Part shown: in pieces, positions 20,910-32,965 of the stretch | How the letters are laid out: each line of letters starts with the position of its first letter | Position numbering within the stretch: the stretch's first letter is position 1 | NCBI GenBank assembly: GCA_963774225.1 | Contig: CAVZEA010000005.1 | Span: 96,535-160,534 of the forward strand | From: an uncultured Thermoleophilia bacterium | GTDB taxonomy: Bacteria; Actinomycetota; Thermoleophilia; Gaiellales; Gaiellaceae | Direction of reading: 5' to 3' | Length of the DNA: 64,000 nucleotides | Notes under the pieces: model-generated | Databases searched by the model: none | The model's input: the letters and a program-made list of their open reading frames with translations, nothing else | What the model was told of the DNA's origin: nothing | Position numbers and translations under genes: made by a program

Positions 20910-21263
20910 ATGGCACCGGCCGCTCAGCGACGAACCGAGCTGCTCCGGGGCGTGCTCGATCTCTGTCTCCTGGCCGTGATGGACGAGGGCCCGGCGTACG
21001 GCTACGAGATGACGAAGCGACTGCGCGACCGTGGCCTCGGGATAGTCGGCGAGGGGTCGATCTACCCGCTGCTCGGGCGCCTGGAGCGCGAGGGCCTGGT
21101 CGAGACCTACCGCGCGGCGAGCAACGGCGGGCCGCCGCGGAAGTACTACCGCCCGTCCGGCAGCGGGCGGCTGGCTCTGGCTCTCGGAGTGTCCGAATGG
21201 CGAGCTGCGCGCGACGCTGTCGACGCGGTGCTCGCCCCCGTCAAGGTCGAGGTGACCGGATGA
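20910..21263 (+). CDS. PadR-family transcriptional regulator
   Basis: LDLCLLAVMDEGPAYGYEMTKRL ... GSIYPLLGRLEREGLV ... RKYY. Confidence 0.8.
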   Translation: MAPAAQRRTELLRGVLDLCLLAVMDEGPAYGYEMTKRLRDRGLGIVGEGSIYPLLGRLEREGLVETYRAASNGGPPRKYYRPSGSGRLALALGVSEWRAARDAVDAVLAPVKVEVTG

Positions 21264-21793
21264 GCGATTTCATCGATCAGTGCCGCCAGGAGTGGAGGCG
21301 TCTCAACGTTCCCGATCCGCTCGCCGAGGAGATGGCAGCAGACCTGGCGACCGACCTTCGGGAAGCCGAGGCGGAAGGCGTCTCCGCCGAAGAGCTGCTC
21401 GGGAGCAGCGTCTTCGACCCGCGTGCGTTCGCCGCGTCTTGGGCCGCGGAACGGGGGATCATTCCCGCGCAGCCGGGGCGAGGGGGTGCCCGCCGCAGAA
21501 AGCCGGTGCTCGTCGCATTCACCGCCCTGGCGGCGATCGCCCTGATCGGCGCCGCGCTGATGCTCATCACCGGGCAGCCCAAGGTGGCGGTGGTCGCCGA
21601 TACAGCGACGAAGTCACATCTTCCTGGGTCGCCCCCCGGCTCGTTTCCCCCAACGGCCCGCCGGCTCGTCCTGCAGGCGAGCGCGGCCGCGCCGATTGAG
21701 TGGCTTCTGCTGGTGCTTGCGCTGATCGCACTCGTCTTCGCCGCCTGGCTCTGGTCGAGCTGGGGTCGCGCGCGGCCACCCGTGACGAGCTGA
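21260..21793 (+). CDS. membrane protein co-transcribed with PadR (DUF1700-like arrangement)
   Basis: ATGA overlap with the PadR stop. Two predicted TM segments (VLVAFTALAAIALIGAALMLI; WLLLVLALIALVFAAWLW). Confidence 0.6.
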   Translation: MSDFIDQCRQEWRRLNVPDPLAEEMAADLATDLREAEAEGVSAEELLGSSVFDPRAFAASWAAERGIIPAQPGRGGARRRKPVLVAFTALAAIALIGAALMLITGQPKVAVVADTATKSHLPGSPPGSFPPTARRLVLQASAAAPIEWLLLVLALIALVFAAWLWSSWGRARPPVTS

Positions 21794-21864
21794 AGCGCTG
21801 GGCCCGCGTATGCTCGCTCGAGCGAGTGTGGCAATCCTGCTGCACGTGAGCGAGAGGACGCGGC

Positions 21865-22137
21865 ATGCCGACAGTGATCGCCTACCACGACGTCACGGAC
21901 ACCGACCACTGGCTGTCGTCACCGAAGCGGGAAGAGTTCTTCGGGCCGCTAGGAGTCACCAACATCCGCACGTTCGTCAACCCCGAGCAGCCGACCAAGG
22001 TCGGTGTCTTGATGGACGTCGCGGACATGGACGCTGTGATGAGCGCGATGCAGGCCCAGGAGGCAGCGGACGCGATGGCTCATGACGGCGTCCTCCCGGA
22101 GACGATGGTCCTGCTCGTCGAGCAACGCCCCTCGTAG
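21865..22137 (+). CDS. hypothetical small protein (90 aa)
   Basis: ATG preceded by GAGAGGA. High GC3. No family recognised. Confidence 0.45.
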   Translation: MPTVIAYHDVTDTDHWLSSPKREEFFGPLGVTNIRTFVNPEQPTKVGVLMDVADMDAVMSAMQAQEAADAMAHDGVLPETMVLLVEQRPS

Positions 22138-22166
22138 GGCACTGCTCAACGAGGGCTGAGGAGCGG

Positions 22167-22210
22167 CAAAGACGTACAACTCGGTTCCGGCTTCGCCGGC
22201 AACCGAGTTA
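22167..22210 (-). terminator. conserved hairpin/T-tract repeat, copy 2
   Basis: Minus strand reads TAACTCGGTTGCCGGCGAAGCCGGAACCGAGTTGTACGTCTTTG. The TAA is the corrected dus stop. Confidence 0.6.
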
Positions 22211-23270
22211 CCCCCCGCCGTAGATCGAGATCGGCAGCGAGTCGAGCAGCACCTCGTCCGCCGGATCCGGAAGCTCCGAGAGCAGGCGTTCGAGGACGAA
22301 TCGTGCCCCCGGAGCCGCAGCGAAGAGCCGCGCCTCCACCTCGGTCGAGCGACGGCAGCGTCACGAGCTCCTGCTTGAACGGGCGCGGGAAGCGGCCGCG
22401 GCCGAGGTACCAGCCGTAGAACTTCTTCAGGAAGCCGAACGCACGCCGTTCGCCCAGCTCGCGCACCGTCTCGCGGATGAAGAGGACGAGCTCCGCGACA
22501 ACCTCCTCGGGCGACGGCTCACGGGCGTCGCCCAGGATCTCGGCGAGCGCCCACGGGTTTCCCTGCGCCGCGCGGCCGACCATCACCGCGGCAGCGCCCG
22601 TCGTCGCGAGCACCGCCTGCGCGCGCGCCCGGCTCGTCACGTCGCCGGACGCGATCACCGGCACATCGACAAGCGACACGAGCTCGGCCGTCAGCGCGTG
22701 GTCGGCCGTGCCGGTGTACATCTGCTTGGCGGAGCGCGGATGAAGCGTCAACGACGAGGCGCCCGCCTCGACGAGGCGTGGCCCAACGTCGAGGCACTTC
22801 CGCGAGCCGTTCTCGACCCCGCGCCGCATCTTCACCGAGACGGGGAGGGCAGTTGCCGAGGCGACCGCCTCGACGAGGCGGCACGCGTGGTCGGGATCGT
22901 CGAGCAGGGACGCCCCGGCGCCCGTTTTCGTCACCTTCTTGACCGGGCAGCCGAAGTTCATGTCGACGATGTCCGCACCCGCTGCCTCGACCATCCGCGC
23001 CGCCTCGGACATCGCCACCGGATCCGAGCCGAAGATCTGGATCGCGAGCGGGTGCTCGTCGGCCCCGACTCGGAGGTAGCCCAGCGTCCGCTCGTTGCGG
23101 TGCTGGATCCCTGCCACCGAGACCATCTCCGAGCAGACGAGACCGGCGCCGAACCGGCGCCCCTGACGACGAAATGCCTGCACGCTGACCCCTGCCATGG
23201 GGGCGAGGACGAGGCGGCCGGGGATCTCGACGCCCCCCAGCGACCAGTGCTCGCGAAGGTCCATGTTCAC
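22208..23270 (-). pseudogene. dus: tRNA-dihydrouridine synthase, +1 frameshift near 22343
   Basis: LAPMAGVS, MNFGCPVKKV. After KQELVTLPSLD the shifted frame reads EVEARLFAAAPGARFVLERLL ... ISIYGGG stop at 22208. Confidence 0.85.
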
Positions 23271-23359
23271 GGTTTGTGAATGGTAGCTCTGGCCCTTGCG
23301 CGGCCCTTGACCTCGTGGCTACCATTCCCGCCCGTTTCGAGCGGCGACAGGAGGCGCGG

Positions 23360-23833
23360 TTGAAGGAAGTGATCCTGACCCCCGAGGGGTTCAAGAAGCT
23401 CCAGCAGGAGATCGATCACCTGCGCGGCGACAAGCGCCGCGAGGTGGCTGAGCGGATTCGCGTAGCCCGCGAGTTCGGCGACATTGCGGAGAACGCCGAG
23501 TACGACGACGCGAAGAACGAGCAGGCGATGCTCGAGCACAAGATCGCGCAGCTCGAGGACAGGCTCCTCACGGCTCGCGTCATCACGAAGAAGGAGATCT
23601 CGAAGGACGCTGTTTCGATCGGCTCGCACGTGCGCCTGCGCGACATGCAGGCCAACAAGACCTTCGAGTACCACATCGTCGGCTCCGCCGAGGCGAACCC
23701 GACCGAGAACAAGCTCTCGAACGAGTCCCCCGTCGGCAAGGCGATCATGGGTCGCAAGAAGGGGGAGGTCGTCGATGTCGCAGCCCCCCGCGGCGCTCTG
23801 AAGTTCAAGATCATGGAGATCAAAGCGGCCTAA
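23360..23833 (+). CDS. greA: transcription elongation factor GreA
   Basis: TTG 23360 lies 6 nt after GGAGG. KEVILTPEGFKKLQQEIDHL ... FGDIAENAEYDDAK ... SNESPVGKAIMG. Confidence 0.9.
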   Translation: MKEVILTPEGFKKLQQEIDHLRGDKRREVAERIRVAREFGDIAENAEYDDAKNEQAMLEHKIAQLEDRLLTARVITKKEISKDAVSIGSHVRLRDMQANKTFEYHIVGSAEANPTENKLSNESPVGKAIMGRKKGEVVDVAAPRGALKFKIMEIKAA

Positions 23834-23878
23834 CCTGGTTGCCGGCCGAAGGCCTGAACCAGGTTGTACGTCTTTTTT
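23831..23878 (+). terminator. conserved hairpin/T-tract repeat, copy 3
   Basis: TAACCTGGTTGCCGGCCGAAGGCCTGAACCAGGTTGTACGTCTTTTTT. The TAA is the greA stop. Confidence 0.6.
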
Positions 23879-23925
23879 GGGTTGCCGGCCGAAGGCCGGA
23901 ACCAGGTTGTACGTCTTTTTTCTTT
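23879..23925 (+). terminator. conserved hairpin/T-tract repeat, copy 4 (tandem, 43-nt period)
   Basis: GGGTTGCCGGCCGAAGGCCGGAACCAGGTTGTACGTCTTTTTTCTTT. Confidence 0.55.
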
Positions 23926-23936
23926 ACGCTCGCGCG

Positions 23937-24527
23937 ATGGAGATCGTGCGGCTCGAACGCTCGCGTCTCGCCGACGCGAGCGCTGTCCTCGCGCGCGCGT
24001 TCCAGAACGATCCGGCGTGGGTGTGGCTGATCCCGGACGAGAACCGGCGCGGACGGCTCCTGCCGTGGCTCTTTCGGATCGGCTACGACATCACGGTCGG
24101 CGACATGTACGCACCCGCAGGCGACGTGCTCGGAGTCGCGCGCTGGCTCCCACCTGGCCGCGCGGCCATTCGCGTCGGGCCTACGCTGCGCGCTCTCGTC
24201 GCGACGCGGCTCCGACTCGGCGCTGCGACGACGCAGTTCCTCGCGTACGGCCAAGCCGTCGAGGAGTTGCGTAGCGACGTCGCCGGCGGACCCCATTGGT
24301 ACCTCGCCGGACTTGGTGTCGAGCCGGCAGCACAGCGGAGGGGGATCGGCGGCGCACTGCTGCAACCCGGTATCGAAGGCGCTGCTGCGGCCGGCTTGCC
24401 CGCGGTGCTGCTGACGAACAACGAGGCAAACCTGCACTTCTACGGGAGCCACGGCTTCGAGATCGTCCAGCGTCGGAAGACGCCGAAGGGCGGCCCTGAG
24501 GCCTGGGCTATGGTCAGGACGCCGTGA
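23937..24527 (+). CDS. GNAT-family acetyltransferase
   Basis: LGVEPAAQRRGIGGALL ... FYGSHGFE. ATG 23937 inside ORF 23877..24527. Confidence 0.7.
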   Translation: MEIVRLERSRLADASAVLARAFQNDPAWVWLIPDENRRGRLLPWLFRIGYDITVGDMYAPAGDVLGVARWLPPGRAAIRVGPTLRALVATRLRLGAATTQFLAYGQAVEELRSDVAGGPHWYLAGLGVEPAAQRRGIGGALLQPGIEGAAAAGLPAVLLTNNEANLHFYGSHGFEIVQRRKTPKGGPEAWAMVRTP

Positions 24528-25906
24528 CCGAGACGACGCCGAAGCGCTTCCCGGACCGCGACGAAGTCGCGGCAGTGCGCTCCGAGGCCGACGCGCTCGG
24601 GGTCGGCGAGGAGGGTGCTGCTCCGCGCAGGCTTGCGGGACGCGTGCTGGCGCGCCGGGACCTGGGCAAGCTCGTGTTCCTCGACCTCGTCGACCGTACC
24701 GGGCGCATCCAGCTCCTCTGCCCGGCGGCCCGCACAGGGGAGGTCGACGTGCACCTCGGCGACGTCGTCGGCGTCACGGGGAAGCCGACCAAGAGCCGCC
24801 GCGGCGAGCCGTCGCTCGTGGTCGACGAGCTGGTTCTCCTCTCCCGGATCCGCGCGCCGCTTCCCGACACGTTCCACGGCCTGACGGACATCGAGCAGCG
24901 CTACCGCAAGCGCTACCTCGATCTGCTGATGAACGACGAGGTGCGTGCCGACTTCATGCTGCGGGCGCGCATCGTCTCGGCTGCGCGGAGCTACCTCGAC
25001 GGTGAGGGCTTCGTCGAGGTCGAGACGCCGATCCTGCAGCCTCGCTACGGCGGCGCGTTCGCCGAGCCGTTCGTCACGCACCACAACGTGCTCGACCAGG
25101 ACCTCTACCTGCGGATCGCCACCGAGCTGTACCTGAAGCGTCTGATCGTCGGTGGCCTCGAAAAGGTCTACGAGATCGGCAAGGACTTCCGCAACGAGGG
25201 CGTCACGTACAAGAACAACCCCGAGTTCACGATGCTCGAATGGTACGAGGCGTACGCCGACTACAACGACACGATGCGGCGCATGGAGTCGCTCGTCGAG
25301 TACGTCGCGCTCGCCGCGCTCGGCACGACGAAGGTCACCTTCAAGGGGCACGACCTCGACGTGAAGGCGCCGTGGAAGCGCATTCGTCTCGTGGACGAGC
25401 TGAAGGAGCTCGACCTCTGGACCTCCGACTATGCGGATCTGAAGCAGCGGCTCGAAGCGCGTCAGATCGACGTCTCGCGCGACAAGACCTGGTCACAGCT
25501 GGTCGACAAGGCGGTGACGGCCTACATCGAGCCGCGTCTCATCGAGCCGACCATCGTCTACGACTATCCGATCGAGCTTTCGCCGTTCGCGCGCACGACG
25601 GACGGCGACGACCGCGTCGTCGAGCGGTTCGAGTACTACGTGGGCGGGATGGAGCTCGGGAACGCCTTCAGTGAGCTGAACGACGCGAACGAACAGGCAG
25701 AGCGGTTCGCCCTGCAGGCTGCCGAGGGAGCGGGCGGCAACGTCGAGGCCGAGCAGGGCGACCCGGACTACGTCGAGGCGCTCTCCTACGGCATGCCGCC
25801 GACCGGTGGCCTCGGGCTCGGCATCGACCGGCTCACGATGGTCCTGGCCGGAAAGGACTCGATTCGCGACGTGATCCTGTTCCCCGCCCAGCGCACGACG
25901 ACGTAA
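24524..25906 (+). CDS. lysS: lysine--tRNA ligase (class II)
   Basis: OB-fold N-terminus, RYRKRYLDL, FRNEG, GGLGLGIDRL. GTGA overlap with the GNAT stop. Confidence 0.95.
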   Translation: MTETTPKRFPDRDEVAAVRSEADALGVGEEGAAPRRLAGRVLARRDLGKLVFLDLVDRTGRIQLLCPAARTGEVDVHLGDVVGVTGKPTKSRRGEPSLVVDELVLLSRIRAPLPDTFHGLTDIEQRYRKRYLDLLMNDEVRADFMLRARIVSAARSYLDGEGFVEVETPILQPRYGGAFAEPFVTHHNVLDQDLYLRIATELYLKRLIVGGLEKVYEIGKDFRNEGVTYKNNPEFTMLEWYEAYADYNDTMRRMESLVEYVALAALGTTKVTFKGHDLDVKAPWKRIRLVDELKELDLWTSDYADLKQRLEARQIDVSRDKTWSQLVDKAVTAYIEPRLIEPTIVYDYPIELSPFARTTDGDDRVVERFEYYVGGMELGNAFSELNDANEQAERFALQAAEGAGGNVEAEQGDPDYVEALSYGMPPTGGLGLGIDRLTMVLAGKDSIRDVILFPAQRTTT

Positions 25907-26053
25907 GTCGGATCCCTCGGGCAGGGGAATGCGACGATCGTCGCGAAATCGTCACCTGTTGGGGCGGCGCGTCACCCCCGTCGCCGGGGGTACGATGGGC
26001 GCCTCGACAGGGAAACCGTGTACCCATCGCTCAGGTGGAAGAAAGGTTGCTGA

Positions 26054-28564
<2,511 letters not shown>

Positions 28565-28567
<3 letters not shown>

Positions 28568-28624
28568 CTCGGTTGTCTGAGTAACTCGGTTGCCGGCGAA
28601 GCCGGAACCGAGTTATATGTCTTT
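28565..28624 (+). terminator. conserved hairpin/T-tract repeat, copy 5, with 17-nt local duplication
   Basis: TAACTCGGTTGTCTGAGTAACTCGGTTGCCGGCGAAGCCGGAACCGAGTTATATGTCTTT. The first TAA is the clpC stop. Confidence 0.6.
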
Positions 28625-28634
28625 CGGCCCGCGC

Positions 28635-28678
28635 AAAGACCGCAACCTGGTTCCGCCGAACGGCGGCAACCAGAGTTA
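28635..28678 (-). terminator. conserved hairpin/T-tract repeat, copy 6 (variant inner stem)
   Basis: Minus strand reads TAACTCTGGTTGCCGCCGTTCGGCGGAACCAGGTTGCGGTCTTTG. The TAA is the peptidase stop. Confidence 0.55.
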
Positions 28679-29887
28679 CGCGTCCAGCAGCCAGACGTCT
28701 GCGCGCAGCACGGGCACGACGCTGCCATCCTGCAGCACCGCGTCGACGTCGACCTCCGGCCCGCCGATCATGAAGTCCGTATGCACGGTCGAGACGTTCA
28801 CGCCGTCGATCACGCCACCCTCGACAGCTTCCGCGTAGGCGCTGCCATACGCGATGTGGCAACGGGCGTTCTCGTCGTACAGCGTCTCGAAGAACGTCAG
28901 TCCGGTCTGCCCGATTCGTGATGCGCCGTCGACGAGCGCGACCTCGCCGAGGAACCCGGCGCGGTCGTCCGTTGCGAGCTGGCCCCTGATCACATCGGCG
29001 CCCTCGTCCGCCTGCACGTCGACGATGCGACCGCCTTCGAATCGCACCTCCAGCCCGCGGACGATGCGCCCGTAGAGGGCGAGCGGCATCGTCGATCGGA
29101 CGACGCCCTCGGTGCGACGGGCGTCCGGCGTGGTGAAGACTTCTTCCGTCGGCATGTTCGCGACGTACGGGATCCCCGCCGCGGTCGCCGACTCGCAGCC
29201 CTGCCAGCGGGACTCCGGCAGCAGCCCCACGGTCAGGTCGGTGCCAGGACCGCGGTAATGGAGCGCATCGACTTTCATGGCGTTGAGGGCGCGCGCCCGG
29301 TCGCCGAGCCGGCGGACGTGCTGCTTCCACGCCGCGACGGGATCCTCCTCGTCGAGCCGGACGCACATCTCGACAAGCTTCCAGAGGCGTTCGAGGTCCG
29401 GCTCGCCGAACATCTGTGTCGCCCAGCCCTTGTTCGGCACGCCGATCACGACCCAGTTGTTGAGTCGCTCGTTGATCTGCCGCGTGCCCTCCTCGGCGAG
29501 CTCGAGCATCCGCGCCTTGCCGACACGCTCGCCGGGCAGGTCGGCGAGTAGCTCCGGCTCCGCGTCGCCAACCAGCGCGACGACTGCTGCCAGCTCGTCA
29601 CCGAAGGTCCGCTCCCGCTTGAGCAGCCAGGGCGGCGTCCAGGACAGCAGGTCGTCCGCTCCGTACTCGATCAGCGCGTGCTTGAGATGAGGATCCAGGT
29701 AGCGCACGTCGACGTACGCGGCGCCGGCCCGATACGACGCGCGTACAACCTCGCGCGCGACCTCGAGGTGGTCGATGTCGGCGAGCACGTCGACGAGCTG
29801 GCCCGGCTGCACATTCGCGCCGACCTGCACCGCCAGCTCCGCGTACCGCCGCAGGCGGGTCGCGTGGTCTAGTCCGGTAGCTGCCAC
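28676..29887 (-). CDS. M29-family aminopeptidase (AmpS/PepS-like), paralog 3 of 3
   Basis: PTEEVFTTPD, ENARCHIAYG, HTDFMIGG. GTG 29887 overlaps the upstream paralog by 19 nt. Confidence 0.85.
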   Translation of the reverse strand: MAATGLDHATRLRRYAELAVQVGANVQPGQLVDVLADIDHLEVAREVVRASYRAGAAYVDVRYLDPHLKHALIEYGADDLLSWTPPWLLKRERTFGDELAAVVALVGDAEPELLADLPGERVGKARMLELAEEGTRQINERLNNWVVIGVPNKGWATQMFGEPDLERLWKLVEMCVRLDEEDPVAAWKQHVRRLGDRARALNAMKVDALHYRGPGTDLTVGLLPESRWQGCESATAAGIPYVANMPTEEVFTTPDARRTEGVVRSTMPLALYGRIVRGLEVRFEGGRIVDVQADEGADVIRGQLATDDRAGFLGEVALVDGASRIGQTGLTFFETLYDENARCHIAYGSAYAEAVEGGVIDGVNVSTVHTDFMIGGPEVDVDAVLQDGSVVPVLRADVWLLDA

Positions 29888-31065
29888 AGATCCTCGCGAA
29901 TGATCGGGATGTGGGTGCCGTCCTTGGTGACGCCGTCGACGCTGAGCTCGGGCCCGCCGACCATGAAATCGGTGTGCACCGTCGACACGTTCATGCCCTC
30001 GTCCGGCTCGCCGTCGAAGACCTCCGGCACACCGAAGCCGTACGCGATGTGGCACGTCGCGTTCTCGTCGTACAGCGTGTCGAAGAACGTGATGCCGGTC
30101 TGGCCGACGCGCGACGAGCCGTCGACGAGCGCGAGCTCGCCGAAGTACGAGGCATTCTCGTCCGCCTCCAACTGACCGCGCACGACATCCGCGCCCTTGT
30201 CGGCGTGCACGTCGACGATCTTTCCGTCTTGCACGGTGAGCCGCAGGCCCTCCACGAGGTCGCCCGCGAGTGCCAGCGGCCGGCTGGAGCTGATCGTCCC
30301 CTCGGCTCGCCGCCGGTCGGGGGTCGTGAAGATCTCCTCGGTCGGGATGTTCGGGACGTACTCGATGCCGCTCGCCGTGTGGAACAGAGCGGACATCCAT
30401 CTCGCAGTCGGCAGTAGACCCACGGTGAAGTCGGTTCCCGGTCCCGTGTAATGGATCGCGTCGAGATTCAAGGCGCTGAGCTTCGCCGCGCGCGACTCGA
30501 GCCGTGCCATATGCGCCCGCCAGGCCTCGACCGGGTCGTCCTCGTCGAGGCGCGTGCAGAACGCGACCGCTTCCCAGAGACGTTCGAGATCCGGCTCGCC
30601 GAAGACTCTCTCGGCCCAGCCTGCGTTCGGGCACGCGACGCCGCTCCAGTTCACCGAGCGCGCGACCATCTGATCGCGTGCGATCTCGATCACCTCTCCC
30701 ATCCGCGCCCGGCCGACGCGCTCGCCGTCGAGGTCGGCCATCAGCTCCGGCTCCGGGTCGCCCGTCGTGCCGAGCGCCGCCTGGCCCGCCTGCGCGTGGT
30801 AGAGCACCTTGATCCACTCGGGCGAGTGCGTGAGCGCTTCGTCGGGCCCGAGCTCGATCATCGCGCGCCGTACGTGATCGTCGCGATAGCGCACGTCGAC
30901 GTAGCGAGCGCCCGCGCGGTACGACGCGCGCGCGAGAGCACGCACAAGCGGCGCGTGCTGGACGATCGTGTTGACGAACACGGTTTGTCCGGGCTGCACG
31001 TTCGCGCCGATGCGGACCGTGAGGTCCGCATAACGCTCCATGCGCTCGTCTAGCTCAGCTGCCAT
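29869..31065 (-). CDS. M29-family aminopeptidase, paralog 2 of 3
   Basis: 398-aa ORF. PTEEIFTTPD, ENATCHIAYG, HTDFMVGG. Confidence 0.9.
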   Translation of the reverse strand: MAAELDERMERYADLTVRIGANVQPGQTVFVNTIVQHAPLVRALARASYRAGARYVDVRYRDDHVRRAMIELGPDEALTHSPEWIKVLYHAQAGQAALGTTGDPEPELMADLDGERVGRARMGEVIEIARDQMVARSVNWSGVACPNAGWAERVFGEPDLERLWEAVAFCTRLDEDDPVEAWRAHMARLESRAAKLSALNLDAIHYTGPGTDFTVGLLPTARWMSALFHTASGIEYVPNIPTEEIFTTPDRRRAEGTISSSRPLALAGDLVEGLRLTVQDGKIVDVHADKGADVVRGQLEADENASYFGELALVDGSSRVGQTGITFFDTLYDENATCHIAYGFGVPEVFDGEPDEGMNVSTVHTDFMVGGPELSVDGVTKDGTHIPIIREDLWQLPD

Positions 31066-32261
31066 ACGTCCTCCCTGAGGATTGGCACTGCATTCCCGTC
31101 CTTCGTGATCCCGTCGACGTCCACTTCCGGCCCGCCGATCATGAAGTCGGTGTGCACGGCGGACACGTTGATGCCGCGTTCACGGAGCTCGTCGGGAGCG
31201 AGGCCCTCGAGCCCGTCGACGCCGAAGACGACGCCCGCGCCGTAGGCGATGTGGCAGGTCGCGTTCTCGTCGAACAGCGTGTCGAAGAACGTGATGCCGG
31301 TCTGACCGACGCGTGAGTCGCCGTCGACGAGTGCGACTTCACCCAACCGGCCGACGAAGTCGTCGACCTCGAGCTGCCCACGCACGGCATCGGCCCCGGT
31401 CGAGGCGGCGACGTCGGCCACCTTGCCGTCCTCGAAGCGGACCTCGAGGTCGCGCACGATCGTGCCGCCGAGCGCGAGCGGCCTTGTCGAGCGGACTGTT
31501 CCCACGGTGCGCCGCCAGTCGGGGCAGGCGAAGACCTCCTCCGTCGGCAGGTTCGCGACATGGAAGATCCCACTCTGCGTCTCACCCCCGCCGCCGAGCC
31601 AGTGCGCCCCGGTGGGATGGAGCCCGACGGTGAGATCGGTTCCAGGCCCCGTGAAGCGGATCGCGTCGAAGCCGTGCTCGTCGAGCAGGCGACAGCGCTC
31701 GCGCAGCTTCTTGGAATGGGCGCGCCACGCCTCGACGGGGTCGGGCTCGTCGAGGCGGACTGCATGGGCCACCGCCTCCCACAGCCGGTCGAGATCCGGC
31801 TCTCCGAAGATCAGTTGCGCCTGGCCCGCCGTCGGGAAGGCGGCAATCGTCCAGTTGATGATCCGCTCGTTGACGGCGCGGAGGTAGATCTGCATGCCTT
31901 CGACACCGCGCGCGCGGCCGACGCGGCTCTGGTCGAGGTCGGCGAGGAGCTCCGGCTCCGGCTCGCCGGCGAGCTGGATGATCGCGGCACCGTCGAGCAG
32001 CGCCTCGAAGCGCACCTTGTCCCACGGCGTCGTCTGCGAGAGATCCTCGTCCGCCGCGTGGAGGATGAACGACTTGCGCACGTGCTGGTCGACGTAGCGA
32101 ACATCGACGTGCCGCGCGCCCACGCCGTACGCGGCTTCGGTGATGGCGCGGACGAGGGGCGCATGTTCCACGAGCCCCACCACGAACACCTGTTGGCCGG
32201 GCTGAACATTCGCACCGACGCGGACGATCAGATCGGCATAGCGGGTCAGGAGATCGGTCAT
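31050..32261 (-). CDS. M29-family aminopeptidase, paralog 1 of 3
   Basis: ATG 32261 (MTDLLTRYADLIV). PTEEVFACPD, ENATCHIAYG, HTDFMIGG. Confidence 0.9.
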   Translation of the reverse strand: MTDLLTRYADLIVRVGANVQPGQQVFVVGLVEHAPLVRAITEAAYGVGARHVDVRYVDQHVRKSFILHAADEDLSQTTPWDKVRFEALLDGAAIIQLAGEPEPELLADLDQSRVGRARGVEGMQIYLRAVNERIINWTIAAFPTAGQAQLIFGEPDLDRLWEAVAHAVRLDEPDPVEAWRAHSKKLRERCRLLDEHGFDAIRFTGPGTDLTVGLHPTGAHWLGGGGETQSGIFHVANLPTEEVFACPDWRRTVGTVRSTRPLALGGTIVRDLEVRFEDGKVADVAASTGADAVRGQLEVDDFVGRLGEVALVDGDSRVGQTGITFFDTLFDENATCHIAYGAGVVFGVDGLEGLAPDELRERGINVSAVHTDFMIGGPEVDVDGITKDGNAVPILREDVWQLS

Positions 32262-32286
32262 GCGGGCGATGATAGAGGAGCCGATA

Positions 32287-32871
32287 TCACGTGTCGAGGA
32301 CGACGCTGCCCCAGTCGGGCCCCGCGCCCGCCAGCCAGGCGAGCGCCTGGTGGCGCTCGGCCGCGATGGCGTGCGCCTCACCGAGCTGCGGGGGTGAGAG
32401 GTGGCGGTAGACCTTTCCGAAGGCGCGGAAGTCGCCGCGCATCGGTGCGGGCAGCAGACCCTGCTCGAACCCCCGCATCGCCGTCGCGGCGATCACCTGG
32501 TCGAACGACGCGAATCGTGCGGGCAGCTCGAGCGTTCCGGCAGCCTGGAGCTCGGCCGTGCGGGCGCGCCAGTGCCAGAGTCGCGCCGAGTCGCGCTCGA
32601 GCACGATCTCGTCGGCCGATCGCAGGCGACCCTGGCCGGGGTCGACCGCGAGGACGTCGTCGGTATGGAACGCGTGGTCGTAGGCCGGTAGCTCGGCGAG
32701 CTGCAGTCCCCAGAGCAGGGCACCGAGTGCCTCGCCGTGCCAGACAGCGTCGACGATGTCGCCGTCGTCCGCTCCCGCCGGCAGCCGTTCGGCAGCGGCA
32801 GCGATCTCGCCGCGAAGCGCGCGGCACCTCTCGATCACCTCGCGTTGCGAACGAACCTTGGCGCGCGCCAC
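32287..32871 (-). CDS. hypothetical protein (194 aa)
   Basis: ORF track with coding-like composition. Family not confidently recognised. Confidence 0.5.
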   Translation of the reverse strand: MARAKVRSQREVIERCRALRGEIAAAAERLPAGADDGDIVDAVWHGEALGALLWGLQLAELPAYDHAFHTDDVLAVDPGQGRLRSADEIVLERDSARLWHWRARTAELQAAGTLELPARFASFDQVIAATAMRGFEQGLLPAPMRGDFRAFGKVYRHLSPPQLGEAHAIAAERHQALAWLAGAGPDWGSVVLDT

Positions 32872-32965
32872 GCCGCGACACTACCCCGCCCACGCACATT
32901 CGTTTCGCTTTCGGCGCGATCGCGGCACGATTGCCGTCGGACCTCGTGAGTACGGTGGACCGCCC

